A DNA stretch of 64,000 bases from Bacteriovoracia bacterium (GTDB taxonomy: Bacteria; Bdellovibrionota; UBA1018; CAIPTA01), in assembly GCA_050246755.1 (NCBI GenBank), contig JBFWVL010000001.1, forward strand, positions 800,001-864,000, given 5' to 3'. Position 1 is the first letter of the stretch. Each line of letters opens with the position of its first letter. Under the pieces are notes generated by a model that worked only from the letters and a program-made list of their open reading frames with translations, was not told where the DNA came from and did no database searches. A program made the position numbers and the translations under genes. Below, piece by piece: positions 1 to 11,501 of the stretch.

Positions 1-390
1 CTTCACAATCAGAAGAACTTTTGCGCCGGTTTGCTCGCCCAGCTTATCGGCGCGCAGGCTAAAAAGCGCGCGCAGCACATCTAGGTCTACGTTCGCGGAA
101 ATACTCATGGCACCGCTTTTGCCGCCCTCGAGCACTTTATAGCTCTGCACGAAACTCGAAGCGTTCGGCAAAATTTCGTTCTGCAAAATATTGCGGGTTA
201 GCGCGGACGGTTCGTCTTTGAAATATTTTGCTACGGTGATGCGCAGAAGGGAAAGTGTGGCCTCGGCGGCATCGCGCCCCGAGCCCACCGCCACCACCTC
301 GCCCGATTCGGCACGAAGAACGAGCGGAAAAATCGCTAAAAAAAGTGCGATTGACGCTAACAGGTAGTGCTTACGCGAAGCCGAGAACAT
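1..390 (-). CDS. Secreted hypothetical protein, 5' part (runs off window edge)
   Basis: Own translation from ATG at 390: MFSASRKHYLLASIALFLAIFPLVLRAESGEVVAVG..., open to position 1; signal-peptide-like N-terminus; overlaps the dnaE stop by 20 bp. Confidence 0.7.
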   Translation of the reverse strand, partial: MFSASRKHYLLASIALFLAIFPLVLRAESGEVVAVGSGRDAAEATLSLLRITVAKYFKDEPSALTRNILQNEILPNASSFVQSYKVLEGGKSGAMSISANVDLDVLRALFSLRADKLGEQTGAKVLLIVK

Positions 391-3300
391 CGCGACCGAA
401 GATCTCTTTGACCTCTTGGATAAAACCATAATCTGCTGAAAATGTTAAATCATCCGGGAATTGAAAGCGAGCGCGAACCCCATCCGGCGCCACGTATTCA
501 ATCACTCCTTTGCAGCCCCCCTTACTCTTCAGGCAAAGCTTCTTGAGATCCTCTAGTTGGCCGCGAGAAGTATTGTAGGGGTCCAAGCGGAAAATCACGG
601 TTTTTAGGTTTCGGATCTTCTCCTGAGAAGCCACCTCGAGCGATTCGATCTGAGAGGCCAGTACCTTAGCGCCTTGTTCGTTACCTTCTACCTGTCCGCG
701 TACTACCACTACGTTCCCGACGCGAATGGCGTCCTTGAATTTCTCGTAGCTCTTAGGAAAGCAAACCACTTCGATTTTTCCGGCGTAGTCCTCTAGGGTG
801 AGGAAGGCCATGCGGTCACCTTTTTTCGTGGTGATCTCCTTGGCAGCGGTGATGATCCCGCCGAGCTGAGGCTCGTTCGCCTGTGCGGCCTTACGCGCCT
901 TCCAGTCCATATTCTCTTCGCGCTTAGGCAGCTTCCCCTCTTTCGCCATTTCAAAAATTTTACCGATACTAGTGGAGGTTACCTGGCGTAGGAGCGAACG
1001 GTACGGATCCAAAGGATGGCCGCTCACGTAGAAACCAAGAAGCTCACGCTCTGCTTCGAGCCTCTCCATGTGGGGCCAGTCGGCGTGAAAAGTAAGTTCC
1101 GGCTCGGCCGAGCGAAGCTCGGGGCCAGATCCCGCTTTATTAAATACGGTATCGAATAAACCGCCCTGCCCTAATGCCGAGATTTCTTGCTCTTTGGCCG
1201 CCCATGAAACCACGCTCTCCATCGATTTCGCGAGAGTCTGGCGATTCACTTTTTTATCGTTCAGGTAGAGAGAATCGAAAGCCCCGGCCCGAATCAGCGC
1301 CTCGAGAGTTTTTTTGTTCACTTTTTTCTGCGCCATGCGCTTACAGAAATCCGGGAAAGAATGGAAAGGGCCATTCGCTTTTCGCTCTTCCACGATCACG
1401 TTCACGGCCGCGGCACCGCAGCCCTTGATAGCCTCCAGGCCGAAACGAATCGTTTCCGCGCCCGTGGAATCCACCACCACGTTGAACAGGCCTTCGGATT
1501 CGTTTACGTCGGGGCCGAGCACGCTGATGCCGTGATCCTTAGCGTCACCGATATACTTCGAAAGTTTGTCCGTATCGCTCAATTCCGTGGTGAGGAGCGC
1601 GGCGTAGAATTGCGGAGCATAGTGCGCCTTGAGATAAGCCGTCTGGAAGGAAATAAGGGCATACACCATCGCGTGGGATTTGTTGAAGCCGTAGCCCGCG
1701 AATTTTTCGATCAGATCGAAGATCTCAGTGGCCTTCAGGGGATCGATGCCATTCTTCGCGGAGCGCTCCACGAATCCAGCTTTCATCTTGGCCATTTCTT
1801 CCGGTTTCTTTTTTCCCATCGCGCGGCGAAGCAAATCGGCTTCCCCGAGAGAATAACCAGCCAGCTCGCGCGCCGCGCGCATCACCTGCTCCTGGTAGAT
1901 GAATACGCCGAGCGATTCTTTCAGAACTACTTCTAGCTGCGGTACCGGGTACTCGATCTCGATCCGCCCGTGCTTTCGCTCGATGAAGTCGTCCACCATT
2001 CCGCTCTCGAGCGGGCCGGGACGATAGAGCGCGTTGATCCAGGTTAATTCCTCGAGATGGGCCGGCTTAATTTTTTTGCAGAGCTCGGCCATACCAGAGC
2101 TCTCCACCTGGAATACACCGTTATTATCGCCCTTCGAAATCAACGCGTAGGCGGGCGCATCTTCCACCCCGATATCTTCGATGCGGAAGTTGGCCGGCCT
2201 GCCCTCACGCAGGTTTTTAATATTTATCAGATCCACGGCACGCTGGATGTGAGTGAGCGTTTTGAGCCCGAGAAAGTCGAACTTCACGAGGCCCACTTTT
2301 TCGGAGGCGTCCTTATCGTACTGCACCACCACGGCGCCCTCTTCGTCCGTCATGAGAGGCGCGTAGTTGATGAGCGGTAAATCGGTGATGATCACGCCCC
2401 CGGCGTGCTTTCCGTAAGAACGGGTGAGGCCCTCGAGCTTTAGGGCGTGCACGAAGAGCTGGTCCACCGCCGGATTCGCTTCGCGAAGCTCGTCGAACTT
2501 AGGCTCCATCTCGAGCGCTTCATTAAGGGTAATTCCCAGTCTCTCGGGCACCAGCTTGGCGATGGCGTCCACTTCGCCGTAAGGCATTCCGAGCACGCGG
2601 CCTACGTCGCGAATGCAGGCCTTCGTTTGCATGCGGCCGAAAGTGATAATCTGCGATACCTGCTCCTTGCCGTACTTTTGGCGCACGTACTCGATCACTT
2701 CTCCGCGGCGGTCCATGCAAAAGTCCACGTCGAAGTCGGGCATGGAGATACGTTCGGGATTGATGAAGCGCTCGAAGAGCAAATTGTAGGGAAGCGGATC
2801 AATGTCGATAATGTCGAGCGCCCAAGCCACGCTGGAGCCCGCCCCGGATCCCCGGCCCGGCCCCACCGGAATATTTTGGGCTTTAGCCCAGCGGATAAAG
2901 TCCGACACGATCAGAAAGTAACCGGAGAATCCGGTTTTCTGAATCATGCCGATCTCGTCTTCCAGGCGCTTATGGTAAGCCTTTTCCAGTTCCGGCCAAT
3001 CGGATCGCTTCAGGGTGCTTTGGAAGGCCGGGGCCCGAAAGCGCTTTTCTAGTCCGCGGCGCGATTCTACCGCCAGAAATTCTTCCGGAGTTTTCGCGCT
3101 CTCGCCCTCGGGAATTGTAAAGTTCGGCAAATAATAAATCGGCCGGCCCTTATCGTCGGTGAACTTGAATTTTACGTCGCAGCGATCGGCTATCTCGAGC
3201 GTGTTCGCAAGGGCTTCCGGGCAATAGGCGAATTGCTCCACCATCGTGGCTTCGTCTTTGAGCCAAAATTCCGTGCAGAGCGAGCGCTTCTGCTGGTCCG

Positions 3301-3982
3301 AGAGCGTGCGGCCGAGCTGGGTGAGGATGAATACCTCGTGCGACATCGCGTCTTCTTTTTCGAGGTAGTGCACGTCGGAGGTGGCCACGGGCTTCACGCC
3401 GGTCTTTTTGCAGCGCTCGAGCAGCCATTCGTTGATACGGGTTTGCTCGGCGAGGTTATTCTCCTGAAGCTCGGCGTAGAAGCGGTCACCGAAAGTTTTT
3501 CTCAGCCATTCGAATTCGGCTTCGGCGAGGTCGTCGCGGCCGTTCAGCAGATGAAATCCAATTTCACCCTTAAGGCCACCCGAAAGCGCGATTAGGCCCT
3601 CGCTCTTGGCTTCGATCCAGGCCTTCTTCAGTAGCGGCCGTTGTTCTCTGCCCTCGAGGTAAGACTGCGAAACGAGGTAAACGAGATTCTGGAATCCCTC
3701 TTTATTCATCGCGAGCAGCACTAGCCGCGAATAGGGGAACTTCATTTGCTCGGGAGCGCCTTCGAACTTTACGTATACGTCACAGCCGTAGATCGGCTTC
3801 ACGCCAGCTTTTTTGGCTTCGTCCATGAAGTCGATCACGGCGCAGAGATTTCCATGATCCGTCATCGCCACGGCGGGCAGGCCGAATTCTTTCGCTTTCT
3901 TGAAGAGATCTTCAATATGCACCGTACTCGCCAAGGCGGAATACGAAGTATGAACGTGCAAATGAGCAAACTTAGCCGACAT
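371..3982 (-). CDS. dnaE: DNA polymerase III alpha subunit
   Basis: N-terminal PHP (HLHVHT, TDHGN), GPGRGSGAGS, ERISMPDFDVDF, KFDFLGL, FAGYGFNKSHA, internal QGGLF clamp-binding motif, C-terminal OB fold. Confidence 0.98.
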   Translation of the reverse strand: MSAKFAHLHVHTSYSALASTVHIEDLFKKAKEFGLPAVAMTDHGNLCAVIDFMDEAKKAGVKPIYGCDVYVKFEGAPEQMKFPYSRLVLLAMNKEGFQNLVYLVSQSYLEGREQRPLLKKAWIEAKSEGLIALSGGLKGEIGFHLLNGRDDLAEAEFEWLRKTFGDRFYAELQENNLAEQTRINEWLLERCKKTGVKPVATSDVHYLEKEDAMSHEVFILTQLGRTLSDQQKRSLCTEFWLKDEATMVEQFAYCPEALANTLEIADRCDVKFKFTDDKGRPIYYLPNFTIPEGESAKTPEEFLAVESRRGLEKRFRAPAFQSTLKRSDWPELEKAYHKRLEDEIGMIQKTGFSGYFLIVSDFIRWAKAQNIPVGPGRGSGAGSSVAWALDIIDIDPLPYNLLFERFINPERISMPDFDVDFCMDRRGEVIEYVRQKYGKEQVSQIITFGRMQTKACIRDVGRVLGMPYGEVDAIAKLVPERLGITLNEALEMEPKFDELREANPAVDQLFVHALKLEGLTRSYGKHAGGVIITDLPLINYAPLMTDEEGAVVVQYDKDASEKVGLVKFDFLGLKTLTHIQRAVDLINIKNLREGRPANFRIEDIGVEDAPAYALISKGDNNGVFQVESSGMAELCKKIKPAHLEELTWINALYRPGPLESGMVDDFIERKHGRIEIEYPVPQLEVVLKESLGVFIYQEQVMRAARELAGYSLGEADLLRRAMGKKKPEEMAKMKAGFVERSAKNGIDPLKATEIFDLIEKFAGYGFNKSHAMVYALISFQTAYLKAHYAPQFYAALLTTELSDTDKLSKYIGDAKDHGISVLGPDVNESEGLFNVVVDSTGAETIRFGLEAIKGCGAAAVNVIVEERKANGPFHSFPDFCKRMAQKKVNKKTLEALIRAGAFDSLYLNDKKVNRQTLAKSMESVVSWAAKEQEISALGQGGLFDTVFNKAGSGPELRSAEPELTFHADWPHMERLEAERELLGFYVSGHPLDPYRSLLRQVTSTSIGKIFEMAKEGKLPKREENMDWKARKAAQANEPQLGGIITAAKEITTKKGDRMAFLTLEDYAGKIEVVCFPKSYEKFKDAIRVGNVVVVRGQVEGNEQGAKVLASQIESLEVASQEKIRNLKTVIFRLDPYNTSRGQLEDLKKLCLKSKGGCKGVIEYVAPDGVRARFQFPDDLTFSADYGFIQEVKEIFGRDVLGFA

Positions 3983-3990
3983 GTTTCAAC

Positions 3991-5553
3991 TCACTCCCAC
4001 TCGATGGTGGCCGGAGGTTTCGTCGAAATATCATACACTACCCGGTTCACGCCCCTCACCTCGTTCACGATGCGGTTCGAAACATGCCCGAGAAAATCCA
4101 TCGGGAAGCGAAACCAATCGGCGGTCATGCCGTCTTGGCTGGTGACGGCGCGAAGTGCGATGGGGAAATCATAGGTGCGCCCGTCTCCCATCACGCCCAC
4201 GGTTCCTACCGGGATGAGGATGGCACCGGCCTGCCAAATTTTATCGTAGAGGCCATGCGCACGGATTTCCTCGATGTAAATTTTATCGGCGGCCCGGAGC
4301 ACGCGTAGTTTCTCTTCCGTTACCTCCCCGAGGCAACGCACGGCCAAGCCAGGCCCTGGGAACGGGTGGCGGCCAAGCAGCTTTTCCGCAATCCCAAGCT
4401 CACGCCCGAGCTTACGCACTTCATCTTTGAAAAGCTCACGCAGAGGCTCGATTAGTTTCAATTTCATGTTTTCGGGCAAACCGCCCACGTTGTGATGGCT
4501 CTTGATGGTGGAACTGAAGCCGCCACGGCCCGGCGGGGGCATGGATTCTATCACGTCGGGATAGAGCGTGCCCTGCACCAGCCAGTCCATTCCCACTTGC
4601 TTGAATTCGGAAGCGAGGCGTTTTTCTTCCCGCTGAAAAACTTCGATGAAAGCTTTACCGATGATTTTTCTTTTCTTCTCGGGATCATTTTCGCCCGCGA
4701 GGCCGCCCAAAAATTCCTTGCGTGCGTCTACCATGGTCACACGCAGGCCCGAATCTCGGAAATTTTCCATTACCTCTTCCGCTTCGCCTTCCCGCTGAAG
4801 GCCGGAGTCAATATAGAGGCAGTGCAATCTCCCGGGAATCGCCCGCTCCACGAGAGTGGCGGCCACGGTAGAATCTACGCCACCCGAAAGCGCGCAGATA
4901 GCGTGCGCCGAGGGACCCACTAGTTCCGCAATCTCATTTTTTTTGCTTTCGGCAAAATCACCCAAGTTCCACTCACGCTTTACGGCGCAAATTTCCACGA
5001 AGTTCTTAAATAGCTCTTGCCCGTGCTGGGTATGCGTCACTTCGGGGTGAAATTGAACCGCGTAGAAATTGCGCTCGGCATTTTCCATCGCCGCTAAAGA
5101 ATTGGAGTGGCTGCGCGCGGTTTCTACGAATCCTTTTGGCAGCTCGCGCACCTCATCCCCGTGGCTCATCCACGTAATAAATTCCCCGCTCGGGATATTG
5201 GTAAAAAGCGGAGATTTAGGCCGACTGATGCGCACGGGCATAAAACCGTATTCACGGGTTTGCGCAGGTTCCACTTTGCCTTGGCAAGCTTGACCAAGCC
5301 ACTGCATGCCGTAGCAGATTCCAAGCACGGGAACGCCAAGGTCCAAAATTGCCTTCTCGGCTTGCGGAGAACCAGGATCAAAAACGGAATGCGGGCCACC
5401 GGAAAGAATCAGGCCTTTCGGCGCGCGTGCCCTAATCTCGCCGATCGGGGTATTGGCGGGATAAATTTCGGTATAGACGCCGAGCTCTCGGATTCGCCTC
5501 GCGATGAGCTGTGTAAATTGACTTCCGAAATCAAGAATCAGGATATTTTGCAC
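3991..5553 (-). CDS. guaA: GMP synthase (glutamine-hydrolysing)
   Basis: ILDFGSQFTQLIARR, GICYGMQ, QFHPEV, SGGVDS, IKSHHNVGGLP, KPPATIEWE; GTG start. Confidence 0.98.
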   Translation of the reverse strand: MQNILILDFGSQFTQLIARRIRELGVYTEIYPANTPIGEIRARAPKGLILSGGPHSVFDPGSPQAEKAILDLGVPVLGICYGMQWLGQACQGKVEPAQTREYGFMPVRISRPKSPLFTNIPSGEFITWMSHGDEVRELPKGFVETARSHSNSLAAMENAERNFYAVQFHPEVTHTQHGQELFKNFVEICAVKREWNLGDFAESKKNEIAELVGPSAHAICALSGGVDSTVAATLVERAIPGRLHCLYIDSGLQREGEAEEVMENFRDSGLRVTMVDARKEFLGGLAGENDPEKKRKIIGKAFIEVFQREEKRLASEFKQVGMDWLVQGTLYPDVIESMPPPGRGGFSSTIKSHHNVGGLPENMKLKLIEPLRELFKDEVRKLGRELGIAEKLLGRHPFPGPGLAVRCLGEVTEEKLRVLRAADKIYIEEIRAHGLYDKIWQAGAILIPVGTVGVMGDGRTYDFPIALRAVTSQDGMTADWFRFPMDFLGHVSNRIVNEVRGVNRVVYDISTKPPATIEWE

Positions 5554-5587
5554 CCGGGATTCTTACCATAAAGAGAGGGTGAAAGGC

Positions 5588-6004
5588 TCATTTTGCGTCG
5601 GAAGAGCTAAGGCCAAAGTCGGAAGAATTTCCGGGATGCGTCAGATCTAAAGTAGATCCCTTTTGGTAGGGAACCCGGGCTTTAATATCATCGGAAGTTC
5701 CCCGTTTTCCGTCCGGACCAGCTGAAATCCAAAGGTATTCCTTATGACTCTCTCCGGCGAAGACCTCCATGTGAAATTCCTGGCCCCAGATATCGAGGAT
5801 TGGCTCCGTGCGCCCGATCGCTTGCCAAAAAGCGGCGCCCTGCGGCGGATCTTGGCCGTGAAATGTTTCCATCGTTAGGGTAGCTAAACGCTTTACGCTT
5901 TCGCGCGTGGCCACCAGCTGCTCCTCCGCCCGGAAGCGGCGTACCAGCAAGATCACTTGGACTAGAGTGGCCAGCACCACGAAAATTAACAGGAACTTCC
6001 GCAT
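5588..6004 (-). CDS. GspG/pseudopilin-C-terminal-like membrane-anchored protein
   Basis: N-terminal hydrophobic helix; DIWG...SAGPDGKRGTSDDI matches the GspG C-terminal signature; no prepilin G|FxxxE motif. Confidence 0.6.
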   Translation of the reverse strand: MRKFLLIFVVLATLVQVILLVRRFRAEEQLVATRESVKRLATLTMETFHGQDPPQGAAFWQAIGRTEPILDIWGQEFHMEVFAGESHKEYLWISAGPDGKRGTSDDIKARVPYQKGSTLDLTHPGNSSDFGLSSSDAK

Positions 6005-7959
6005 CAGACGAAAAGCTCAGGCTTCTCCACCAGCTTTTCCCAGATGAGATTGTGAAATTCGGAACGCTTCACCGAAAGCAGGCCCGTGCCTTCTTGCGCA
6101 AAGTACCGCGCGTTAAGCCCATTGGCATAGCCGAAACAATCGTCGGCCTGCAGCATGGTATCGGCGGCATCGTCCCCGGTGTCTACGCGCACTTTTCCCG
6201 AATATAATACGCGGAAGGATTCGTCGTTTTCCGGAATCTCTTCACCGGCCGTGATCGTATCGAAGCGAAATGTATCGATGAGCTGCGCTTGGTCCTTTGC
6301 GTTAAGCTTAGAAAATAGCGGATGCCGGCGGAAAAAACTGGTGAGGCGAATCATGGCCTTTACGCGATCCGGCGAACCAAGAGTTTCAGCGAAGTGATCG
6401 AACCCGGCTTTGCTCAGCGAGAGCACGATACAGCCGCCGTCGGAAATAATGGAAGCCGTGCGCGGAACATCGTCGATCAGCGCAATCTCACCGAAAGCAT
6501 CGCCTTCCTGCAAATCTGCCAGGTGATGGGTACGGCCCTGCACGTCGGTGAAGGTAGCGTTTGCCTGGCCTTTAACCAGCACGAAAAACTCATTGCCCAC
6601 TTCACCCTGCCGAACCAAATAACTATTGTGCCCGAAGAAAGCCGGGTTCATCTCATTGATCAGCGCGAGACGCTCCGAATCTTTTAGGTAACTGAAGAGC
6701 GGGATCTTCTCCAGCGCCGCCATTCTTTCTTCGAAACTGAGGCTCTCCTTCACTTCATTGTTCTTAAGCACCACGCGTTTGCGGCGCCCGCTGAACCGGT
6801 CGCGGGCGAAAGCCCCCACGAAAATCACCACCGGCAGGAATAGCATCGAAATCAAGCCGGCCGTCACGAAGCTCGCGCCGATGCGATCGAACACCGCAAT
6901 GGGAGTGAAAAGATCCGATACCACCTGCGACGCAATCACTTCCCAGAAAGAGCGGAGGCAATCGAGCCAAGCCAGCAGCCAAACGAATGTGGCGAGCAGG
7001 CCGTAGAGCATTTCCCGGCTCAGGCTTCCTTTCGCCTGAAAAATATGGCGGAGGCCAATGGCGATTCTCTCTTTCAGCTCATCGCGGAGAAAGAATACGT
7101 GGAGAATATCGGCCAAGTCGAAGGAGAAAAATGGGCAAGCCAGCAGCAGCGTGGCGAGCACGCAGCCCGAAAATCCCCAGAACGCGGCGGGAACGGAAAT
7201 GAGCCCGGTGATCGCCCCGAGCGTAAAAATCGCCGAGAAAGCCAGCGGCGAGAACAATCCCAGAAAATCCATCTGGAGACGCGCTCGGAATCCTTCGAGA
7301 TTTACCGCGCGGCGATCGAGCTCGAGGCCGATGAAAGGAAAATAGATGGAAAAATAAGGCCGCTGCGCTTCCTGCCCCAGACCGCGGACGAAGGCCCCCT
7401 GCGCGAGTGACCGGGCAATAAAACCGCCCGCCACTCCGACATAGCCGAGCCCCAGCCCCCGCCAGTAGGCCATGCCCTCAACCGAGAGCGCCGACTCTAC
7501 CGCCGCGAAGGGAAAAAAAACAAAACTGAGCGTGGCGAGCAAGAAAAAGAAAAGCAGGACTCCCGGGCCGCCGAGCTTTCCGAACGTTTTCTCGCTGATC
7601 CCGAGCAATACGGCCGCCAGCGCACCAAGGCTCGGTACTTCTAATTTGCTTTTTTCCACCACGATCTCGAGGGTGGTGGTATCGGAAGTAGGAGCCTGGC
7701 CCGTAATCGCGAAATGATCGATGATCTGCATCCGCTTCAGCTTCGCGAGCACGCGCATGCAAATCAAGATGTGGTGCTTCTTCGCGATTCCGATATTGGG
7801 AAGCAGAAGCGCGAGCAAGGTTTCGTCTTCATTTTGCTTTAAGAATTTTACGATCTCGAATTGCTCTTCCGAGAAAAGCTCTTGCTTTCCGTTATCCGGA
7901 TTGCAAATCACGATGGTTTCTTCGTCGTAACGACCAGCTTCAAAGGGCTTTAACTGCAT
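6004..7959 (-). CDS. Membrane protein: N-terminal PqqD/wHTH-like region, degenerate M50-like TM region, two cyclic-nucleotide-binding domains
   Basis: cNMP motifs LVRQGEVGNEFFVLVKG and GDAFGEIALIDDVPRTASI; second weaker repeat (VLYSGKVRV...DCFG); multiple TM segments. Confidence 0.75.
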   Translation of the reverse strand: MQLKPFEAGRYDEETIVICNPDNGKQELFSEEQFEIVKFLKQNEDETLLALLLPNIGIAKKHHILICMRVLAKLKRMQIIDHFAITGQAPTSDTTTLEIVVEKSKLEVPSLGALAAVLLGISEKTFGKLGGPGVLLFFFLLATLSFVFFPFAAVESALSVEGMAYWRGLGLGYVGVAGGFIARSLAQGAFVRGLGQEAQRPYFSIYFPFIGLELDRRAVNLEGFRARLQMDFLGLFSPLAFSAIFTLGAITGLISVPAAFWGFSGCVLATLLLACPFFSFDLADILHVFFLRDELKERIAIGLRHIFQAKGSLSREMLYGLLATFVWLLAWLDCLRSFWEVIASQVVSDLFTPIAVFDRIGASFVTAGLISMLFLPVVIFVGAFARDRFSGRRKRVVLKNNEVKESLSFEERMAALEKIPLFSYLKDSERLALINEMNPAFFGHNSYLVRQGEVGNEFFVLVKGQANATFTDVQGRTHHLADLQEGDAFGEIALIDDVPRTASIISDGGCIVLSLSKAGFDHFAETLGSPDRVKAMIRLTSFFRRHPLFSKLNAKDQAQLIDTFRFDTITAGEEIPENDESFRVLYSGKVRVDTGDDAADTMLQADDCFGYANGLNARYFAQEGTGLLSVKRSEFHNLIWEKLVEKPELFV

Positions 7960-8001
7960 GTTTCGCGCTTCCTTGCGTTCAACTTCTATTTTTAAATTCT
8001 A

Positions 8002-9492
<1,491 letters not shown>

Positions 9493-9644
9493 TTACGGTA
9501 GCACAGTACCCCGTCTCGCGGAAGCTGGCTTTACCAGTAAAATCAATGACTCCGCTACCTGACGGCGGTATTCACAAAGCCCCGCTGCAGAGCCCTACGA
9601 GTGGGAATTGCTTACGTTTTTTTTGGAAAATCCGAAAAGAGTGG

Positions 9645-11501
9645 GTGAAGTATCTCTTTGTTATCGCAGCCTATTTTTTGAGTTTTCCGGCGCTTGCCGA
9701 AGATCACCCTTTTCTACAAACCTACCTCGAGCAGTTGAGCCGGATCGACGAGGCGCTGAAAGTTTATCCGCAGTGCAAAGACGACTTCGAAGACCAGCGC
9801 CCCCTCTGCAGCAACTTTTCCGACCAGCTTTGCAGCAATTTATGGAACGCGAAAAATAAGGGCAATATGCCGGTATTCGACGGGAAAATCGTGTCGGGAG
9901 AATCAACCGTAAGCGGCAAGCCGGAAACCGTTCTGGAGAACCACCGCGCGCTGTTGGCCGCCAAGCCCAGGCTTCCTGCCGATTTTGTAAAGCAAGCCGG
10001 GGATCTTTTTGAAAAATGGGGCCAAGCCCTCGCCGAGGAACGGAAATCGAAAGAATGGGATAAACGCCTCCTAAAACTCCAGGCCCAGTACCAAGAAACG
10101 TTCGAAAACACGGTCACTGAGCGCGTCCGTGAAAAATATCCCGACTTGGCGGATAAAAAATTTCAAGACTTTGAAATCGAAGAACAAATAAAATACTACG
10201 AGATTCAAAATCATCTTTCGGAAGAAATCATCGAAGCGAAATACAAAAATCACCCAAACTGGAAGAGAGTGGAGGGTATTTTTTCCGAAGCGAAGAACGA
10301 CGTGATCGCCGCGGTGAAAGAAATGCCGCTTTCCGAAAAATCCCGTGAAGAAATGGTAGCAAAGCTTGAAAAAATCGAGCTTACCCTTCCCTACTGGAAA
10401 ATAGGCGCTTCGGAAAAATGCTCAAACGCTTATGAGAATGCCACCTATTTCCCGGCGGTAAATAAATTTACATTTTGTGCAGGAATGTTTAATTCCATGC
10501 AATCCGCCAGCGCGCTCTACGGGATAGCAGCTCACGAAATCGGCCATTCCATCGATCCGAACAATCGGGCCCTGGAAGATTGGTCAAAGAAGCCGGCTAC
10601 GGTAGCCCTCGCCCCCCTAACGGCGGCGGAAGGCGGCAGGCCGATGAATTGCCCCGATTGGCAAAAAACTAAAGCGGCGATTTTCGGCAGCGAAACGCTT
10701 AAGGACTATGGTCAGCAGCCAAGAGAACTTTCGGATTTCTACGGTTGCTTAAAAAGCACGAAGGATTTAGACCCCATAACGGCCAACGAGATCAGAAGAA
10801 TCGCCAAAAAAAGGACCCGTCGTCAAATCGATGCTACCGCCACCAGGAATAATTTTTTAGATCTAGCCGTGGTGGAGTATGAGAAATTTGGGGAAAAGAA
10901 AATAAACGAAAAATTCCTACGGCCGGATCTGCTTTACGCAGAGAACGCATGGCAGAAAAAGACCAAGGTACTTTATCCCAATGTCGATATAACAGAAATA
11001 TTCGCCCAGGATCTAGCTTGCCAAACTTTGATTTCCGGCGGCAAAGAAATCGGCTACCTGCAAGCCAGTGAAAAAGAAAAAGAGCAGCTATTCGCGGCGG
11101 CGATAGAGCAAACTGAAAAACTGTACCAGATCCAGGATGAAGAATACCTCTCCACCTGTGGCCGCAACTGCGACGCTTTAAGCGGCGAGAATTTGGGCAT
11201 TGCCATAGGTGAAGAGTTCGCCGATTGGATTTCCTTCCGGGCCTTTAGCAAACGCCTGCGCCGCATTCCCACTTTAGCCCAGCGAAGCGAAGCTTCCGCC
11301 CTTTTCGGGGCCTTTTTATGCGAAAAGTCTTCCATTACCAACGCGATGCCCGGCCTTACCAAAATCGAAAAAGATAAGTCCACCGAAGAACACGGTGAAG
11401 GACGCATTCGAAGGACATCCGTATATAGCAAAGAGAACGCCGAAATCCTCGGCTGTCGCCTAGAGCCGGAGATGAAGGGATTTGGGCAATGCGAGCCATA
11501 A
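9645..11501 (+). CDS. Secreted M13 (neprilysin)-like zinc metallopeptidase
   Basis: NATY..N.FTFCAG...YGIAAHEIGHSID, GEEFADW and EEHGEGRIR parallel the M13 motifs; GTG at 9645 gives a clean signal peptide (ORF track start 9546 is probably too long). Confidence 0.65.
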   Translation: MKYLFVIAAYFLSFPALAEDHPFLQTYLEQLSRIDEALKVYPQCKDDFEDQRPLCSNFSDQLCSNLWNAKNKGNMPVFDGKIVSGESTVSGKPETVLENHRALLAAKPRLPADFVKQAGDLFEKWGQALAEERKSKEWDKRLLKLQAQYQETFENTVTERVREKYPDLADKKFQDFEIEEQIKYYEIQNHLSEEIIEAKYKNHPNWKRVEGIFSEAKNDVIAAVKEMPLSEKSREEMVAKLEKIELTLPYWKIGASEKCSNAYENATYFPAVNKFTFCAGMFNSMQSASALYGIAAHEIGHSIDPNNRALEDWSKKPATVALAPLTAAEGGRPMNCPDWQKTKAAIFGSETLKDYGQQPRELSDFYGCLKSTKDLDPITANEIRRIAKKRTRRQIDATATRNNFLDLAVVEYEKFGEKKINEKFLRPDLLYAENAWQKKTKVLYPNVDITEIFAQDLACQTLISGGKEIGYLQASEKEKEQLFAAAIEQTEKLYQIQDEEYLSTCGRNCDALSGENLGIAIGEEFADWISFRAFSKRLRRIPTLAQRSEASALFGAFLCEKSSITNAMPGLTKIEKDKSTEEHGEGRIRRTSVYSKENAEILGCRLEPEMKGFGQCEP

